From Pseudomonadota bacterium (lineage in GTDB: Bacteria > Desulfobacterota > Desulfobacteria > Desulfobacterales > JBDRRP01): a stretch of 20,563 bases of DNA. The position numbers were made by a program, and so were the translations under genes. A model generated the notes under the pieces. It was not told the DNA's origin. It worked only from the letters and a program-made list of their open reading frames with translations, and searched no databases. The first letter of the stretch is position 1. Every line of letters starts with the position of its first letter. Positions 17,181 to 20,563 of the stretch are shown piece by piece. Location: assembly GCA_043825735.1 (NCBI GenBank), contig JBDRRP010000087.1, positions 62,001 through 82,563 of the forward strand, written 5' to 3'.

Positions 17181-17214
17181 GGATCCATCCCTTTCCATCC
17201 GGCTGCAGTTCGGG

Positions 17215-18393
17215 TCACGGTTTTTTGAAAGCTTTTTGGTACAACCCGCAGGCGATCTGGGTGGTGGCTGAAATGCAGATGGATGTGCTCTCAATGATAT
17301 TTTTGAAGGTCTGGGACTGGCGTTGATATTCCGCTTGGAGCTGATCCGTGTCGAGGCGGGACACTTTCAGGTCCTCCGAACCGTAGACACAAGCATTGTC
17401 CGGCTCGTGGCCGAGATTGAGGAAGTGAAAATTTCCGAAAACGTCACCCTTGCCCAGCATGGCCAACGGCACATCATCCTGTTTTGTGCGACGCACCAGG
17501 CAGGCGTCTCCTTGGGAGATCATGAACAGTTTTTCCTCGGGCTGCCCCTGCTTGACAACCGGTTTGCGGCCGTTGAGATAGTCCCGGATATTGTTTTTTT
17601 TCATCCGGATATCCGCCACGTTGTCCGTTACGCGCTTGAGCCGGCGGTCCAGGCTGATCACAAGATCGCGCATGGATGCCGATAGCTTCGAGAACTCAAT
17701 GGCCAGCCGCTGCGCGTCGAGAACGCCCAACTGAACCGTGGTGGCGCTGCGGACGGTGGCACTACGCACAGTGCCTTTCATGAGGAACGATTCCACGCTG
17801 CCGATAAAGGCGCCGTCGCCCAGTTTGAGGATTTTCAGCGGTTCTTTGCCATCCACGTCGCGAATCACATCAACGGCGCCTTCAAGGATCACCCAGATCC
17901 AGTCGCCGTGCTTTCCTTCAACGACCAGGGGTTCATCCGGGCCAAAGGTTTCCTCGTCCACCACGTACATGTAGTCGACCAGAGGCCCTTTGATGACGTG
18001 CGATCCTTCTTTTCCGGATGAGAGCGCGCCGCTCTCCTTGGGCCCTGACGGACCAAGCGTCGGAATCTGGCCATCATCCATCATCCGCAGGCCTTCCAGG
18101 ATGATTTCCATTCGACCCTGCTTGATCGCCTTTTCCCGGGAGAACTGTTCTTTTCGAAACTCGAACTGACCGGTGGTCCACCCGAACAGGGCATAGAGCG
18201 CTGAATCCGCTGTCATGTTTCCCACGATGGCATCCACCGGGTTGCCATCGGTGAAGTAAACCACGCCGATATCCGGGGTGTACTGACTGTGAAGCCGCAG
18301 AATTCCGGTATTGCCGTTACCGCCCAGCAATTGCAGAAGGTCGGCAAGGCCCATGAATTCGAGACGGCCCGTGAGTTCTGCGGTTTGGTTCAT
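17215..18393 (-). CDS. DUF4388 (PatA-N-like) protein with two cNMP-binding-like domains
   Basis: N-terminal LTGRLEFMGLADLLQLL...TGIL...W..GQFEF...IILEGLRMMDD. cNMP-like domains EGKHGDWIWVILEGAV...RSATV and QGQPEEKLFMISQG...GDVFG. Confidence 0.85.
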   Translation of the reverse strand: MNQTAELTGRLEFMGLADLLQLLGGNGNTGILRLHSQYTPDIGVVYFTDGNPVDAIVGNMTADSALYALFGWTTGQFEFRKEQFSREKAIKQGRMEIILEGLRMMDDGQIPTLGPSGPKESGALSSGKEGSHVIKGPLVDYMYVVDEETFGPDEPLVVEGKHGDWIWVILEGAVDVIRDVDGKEPLKILKLGDGAFIGSVESFLMKGTVRSATVRSATTVQLGVLDAQRLAIEFSKLSASMRDLVISLDRRLKRVTDNVADIRMKKNNIRDYLNGRKPVVKQGQPEEKLFMISQGDACLVRRTKQDDVPLAMLGKGDVFGNFHFLNLGHEPDNACVYGSEDLKVSRLDTDQLQAEYQRQSQTFKNIIESTSICISATTQIACGLYQKAFKKP

Positions 18394-18402
18394 GAGTCGT
18401 GT

Positions 18403-19017
18403 TTACCCGGCCCAGTTCATTTCTTTTTGCAGATACCTCAGAGTCGATTGAAGTGCGGCCTTGAGGGTCTGACCGACGCCATCGCCCCTGAAAGCACTCG
18501 CCTGAAAGGTGGGCGCCTTCAACTGGCGGTTGAGATCCCGCTCCATCATTTCGATGGGCATTATTGGAATGCCTTCTTCAGCCAAATCCCGTTTGTTGAA
18601 TTGGATAATCAGTGGGACTTTGAATATGTTCATGCCATAATCTTTGAGGTTAACCTGGAGATCTTTTAGCGACAGCATGTTCTTTTCGCGACGGACCTCC
18701 ATGGAATCGGCAACAAAGACCACGCCGTCGACACCCCTCAAAACCAGTTTGCGCGTGGATGCGTACTTGACCTGTCCGGGGACGGTGTAGAGCTGGACAC
18801 GCACATCGCAGCCTTTGATCTTGCCCAGGCCCATGGGCAGAAAATCGAAGAACAGCGTTCGGTCGCCCTCGGTATTGATGGACACCATCTCCGCTTCGGT
18901 TTGTTTCTGGAACATTTTGTGGATCATTTCCAAATTGGTCGTTTTCCCGCACCGTCCCGGGCCATAGTAGACCAGTTTGCACTCGATCTCACGTTTGCGC
19001 GCATTGAATACCGCCAT
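18403..19017 (-). CDS. mglA: MglA-family small GTPase
   Basis: KLVYYGPGRCGKTTNL, DRTLFFDFLP, LYTVPGQV, RKLVLRGVDGVVFVADS and NKRD. Confidence 0.93.
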   Translation of the reverse strand: MAVFNARKREIECKLVYYGPGRCGKTTNLEMIHKMFQKQTEAEMVSINTEGDRTLFFDFLPMGLGKIKGCDVRVQLYTVPGQVKYASTRKLVLRGVDGVVFVADSMEVRREKNMLSLKDLQVNLKDYGMNIFKVPLIIQFNKRDLAEEGIPIMPIEMMERDLNRQLKAPTFQASAFRGDGVGQTLKAALQSTLRYLQKEMNWAG

Positions 19018-19144
19018 AATCCGTCTCGTCCTTGTCGCCCGCTCGACTGGTTGATAGTGACCGACCGGTCGCCCCTGCCGGTGTTTTTAAAGACCTCCTG
19101 CAGACGCCTTACCGCATCAGTGCGGGATCGGCTGATTTAATGCA

Positions 19145-20068
19145 TTACGTGCTGCTGACCTTGATGTCTACGCTGAAATCACCTTTGCGAGGGCCAACGC
19201 GGATTTCCGTTTTTGCGGAAATAATGCCGGAGCCCTGAAAAATGGCAATGGGTGAGTAAAACTGCACCTGATCGAGCTTGTCGCCTACTTTGAGGTTTTC
19301 GATGAGGTTTTTATTGTGACTGGTGATCAAAACGCTGATGACGTTGCCGCTTTGGAAACTGACATCCAACTCCACCATCTCGCCCTTTTTGGGGCCCGTG
19401 GTGAATGTGAGTCCGATGGAATTGATGTCAAGAATCTCTTCTTCTTTCTCTTCAATCTCGATTTGAGGCTCTTCTACCGTCACCGTCGGCACTTCCAGTT
19501 CGGGCAGTTTTTTGTCGATCCCCTTCTTGTCCAGAATGTCCTGGAAAAAGGCTTTCAGCTTGGCCAGTTGGTCTTTGCTGAATAGTTCACCCCTGAGCCA
19601 TCCCTTGAATTGGTCAATGCCGTTATCGATGGCGCTGGTGGCAATATGGCACCGGATGATGTTTTTGGCGGCCGCCAGCCGGACAGCGTCCTGGCTGAGC
19701 AGGGCCGTGAACTCTTCGATGGCTTTTTCATACTGGCCGAATTTGGTCAGCGTAATGGCGCCGTCGAGGGCCTGGGCGGCTTTGTCTTTCTTCTGAGAGA
19801 AAGAAAACAGCCGTTTGATGAGATCCTGGGTTTCTGCCTTCATCGTGGGTGCATCGGGCGCGCTTTCCACCCGGGCGATCTCCATATCCACAGCCTTGAT
19901 CTTAGTGGAAATACCGCTGAGCAGAGACTCCTTGTTTTTTAAATTTGTGATTGACTGGATAATTGTGGCGGCTTGGGAGAGGCAGCCCTTGGCTTCATTA
20001 AGCAGCCCCTGGCCGCGATACAACTCCGATTCTTTCAACAACCCTTTGATCTTAGTGCCGACATCCAT
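19145..20068 (-). CDS. Hypothetical protein with TPR-like helices, an acidic linker and a beta-rich C-terminal domain
   Basis: TPR-like ELYRGQGLLNEAK and KFGQYEKAIEEF, linker EEPQIEIEEKEEE, and a GGAG RBS. Confidence 0.8.
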   Translation of the reverse strand: MDVGTKIKGLLKESELYRGQGLLNEAKGCLSQAATIIQSITNLKNKESLLSGISTKIKAVDMEIARVESAPDAPTMKAETQDLIKRLFSFSQKKDKAAQALDGAITLTKFGQYEKAIEEFTALLSQDAVRLAAAKNIIRCHIATSAIDNGIDQFKGWLRGELFSKDQLAKLKAFFQDILDKKGIDKKLPELEVPTVTVEEPQIEIEEKEEEILDINSIGLTFTTGPKKGEMVELDVSFQSGNVISVLITSHNKNLIENLKVGDKLDQVQFYSPIAIFQGSGIISAKTEIRVGPRKGDFSVDIKVSST

Positions 20069-20161
20069 TTTATGCTCCGTTTCGCCGCCTGATACCCCTG
20101 ATGCCTGAACCGGTCTGCGCGTCGGTCAATTGGTCGTCATTCCAGTGTTCAACAAATTTGT

Positions 20162-20191
20162 AAATTACCCTCTTTTTTCATAAAATGTCAA
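20162..20191 (-). promoter_or_regulatory. Putative sigma70 promoter for the TPR-mglA gene run
   Basis: Minus strand TTGACA (20191-20186), 18-bp spacer, TAATTT (20167-20162), in an AT-rich divergent intergenic region. Confidence 0.45.
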
Positions 20192-20287
20192 TAATTCAAA
20201 GCCGTTTTTATGGTTGACTTCAGTCCCGTCTGTGCTATCCCCATAAGCCATACTGGTATGGAGAGTCATGTTTAACCGCGTTTTTGA

Positions 20288-20563
<276 letters not shown>

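Noticed and set aside
17181..17294. Longer PilZ start
   Set aside because: It overlaps the DUF4388 gene; ATG 17180 places RxxxR at the usual N-terminal position.

Overview
A chromosomal segment with no phage, transposase, RNA gene or CRISPR array. Gene content and repeat style suggest a Desulfobacterales-like deltaproteobacterium (inference). The left part is an acetate/carboxylate uptake locus. It has a 5'-truncated CrbS/CbrA-type symporter-STAC-histidine kinase on +, converging on a long minus-strand run: TetR, acs, SSS symporter, an unannotated 28-aa membrane peptide, a single-domain receiver, a TM-PAS-pseudokinase-DEDDh exonuclease, a tandem cNMP-CBS-DUF294 nucleotidyltransferase, an SPL-like radical SAM enzyme and a thermonuclease. 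The right part has two small membrane proteins, then a minus-strand run (TPR protein, mglA, DUF4388-cNMP, PilZ, purC, ParB-like) and the start of mdh. The best candidate for an uncharacterised system is a kinase -> receiver -> pseudokinase-exonuclease / nucleotidyltransferase circuit, in which the dead kinase core aligns without gaps to the neighbouring kinase with His replaced by Thr. Also notable: a 147-bp TA-flanked MITE that rewrote the nuclease C-terminus, two REP-like palindromes sharing an 11-bp motif, and three orphan Shine-Dalgarno sequences about 76-86 nt upstream of genes. All alignments were done by eye; no searches were run.
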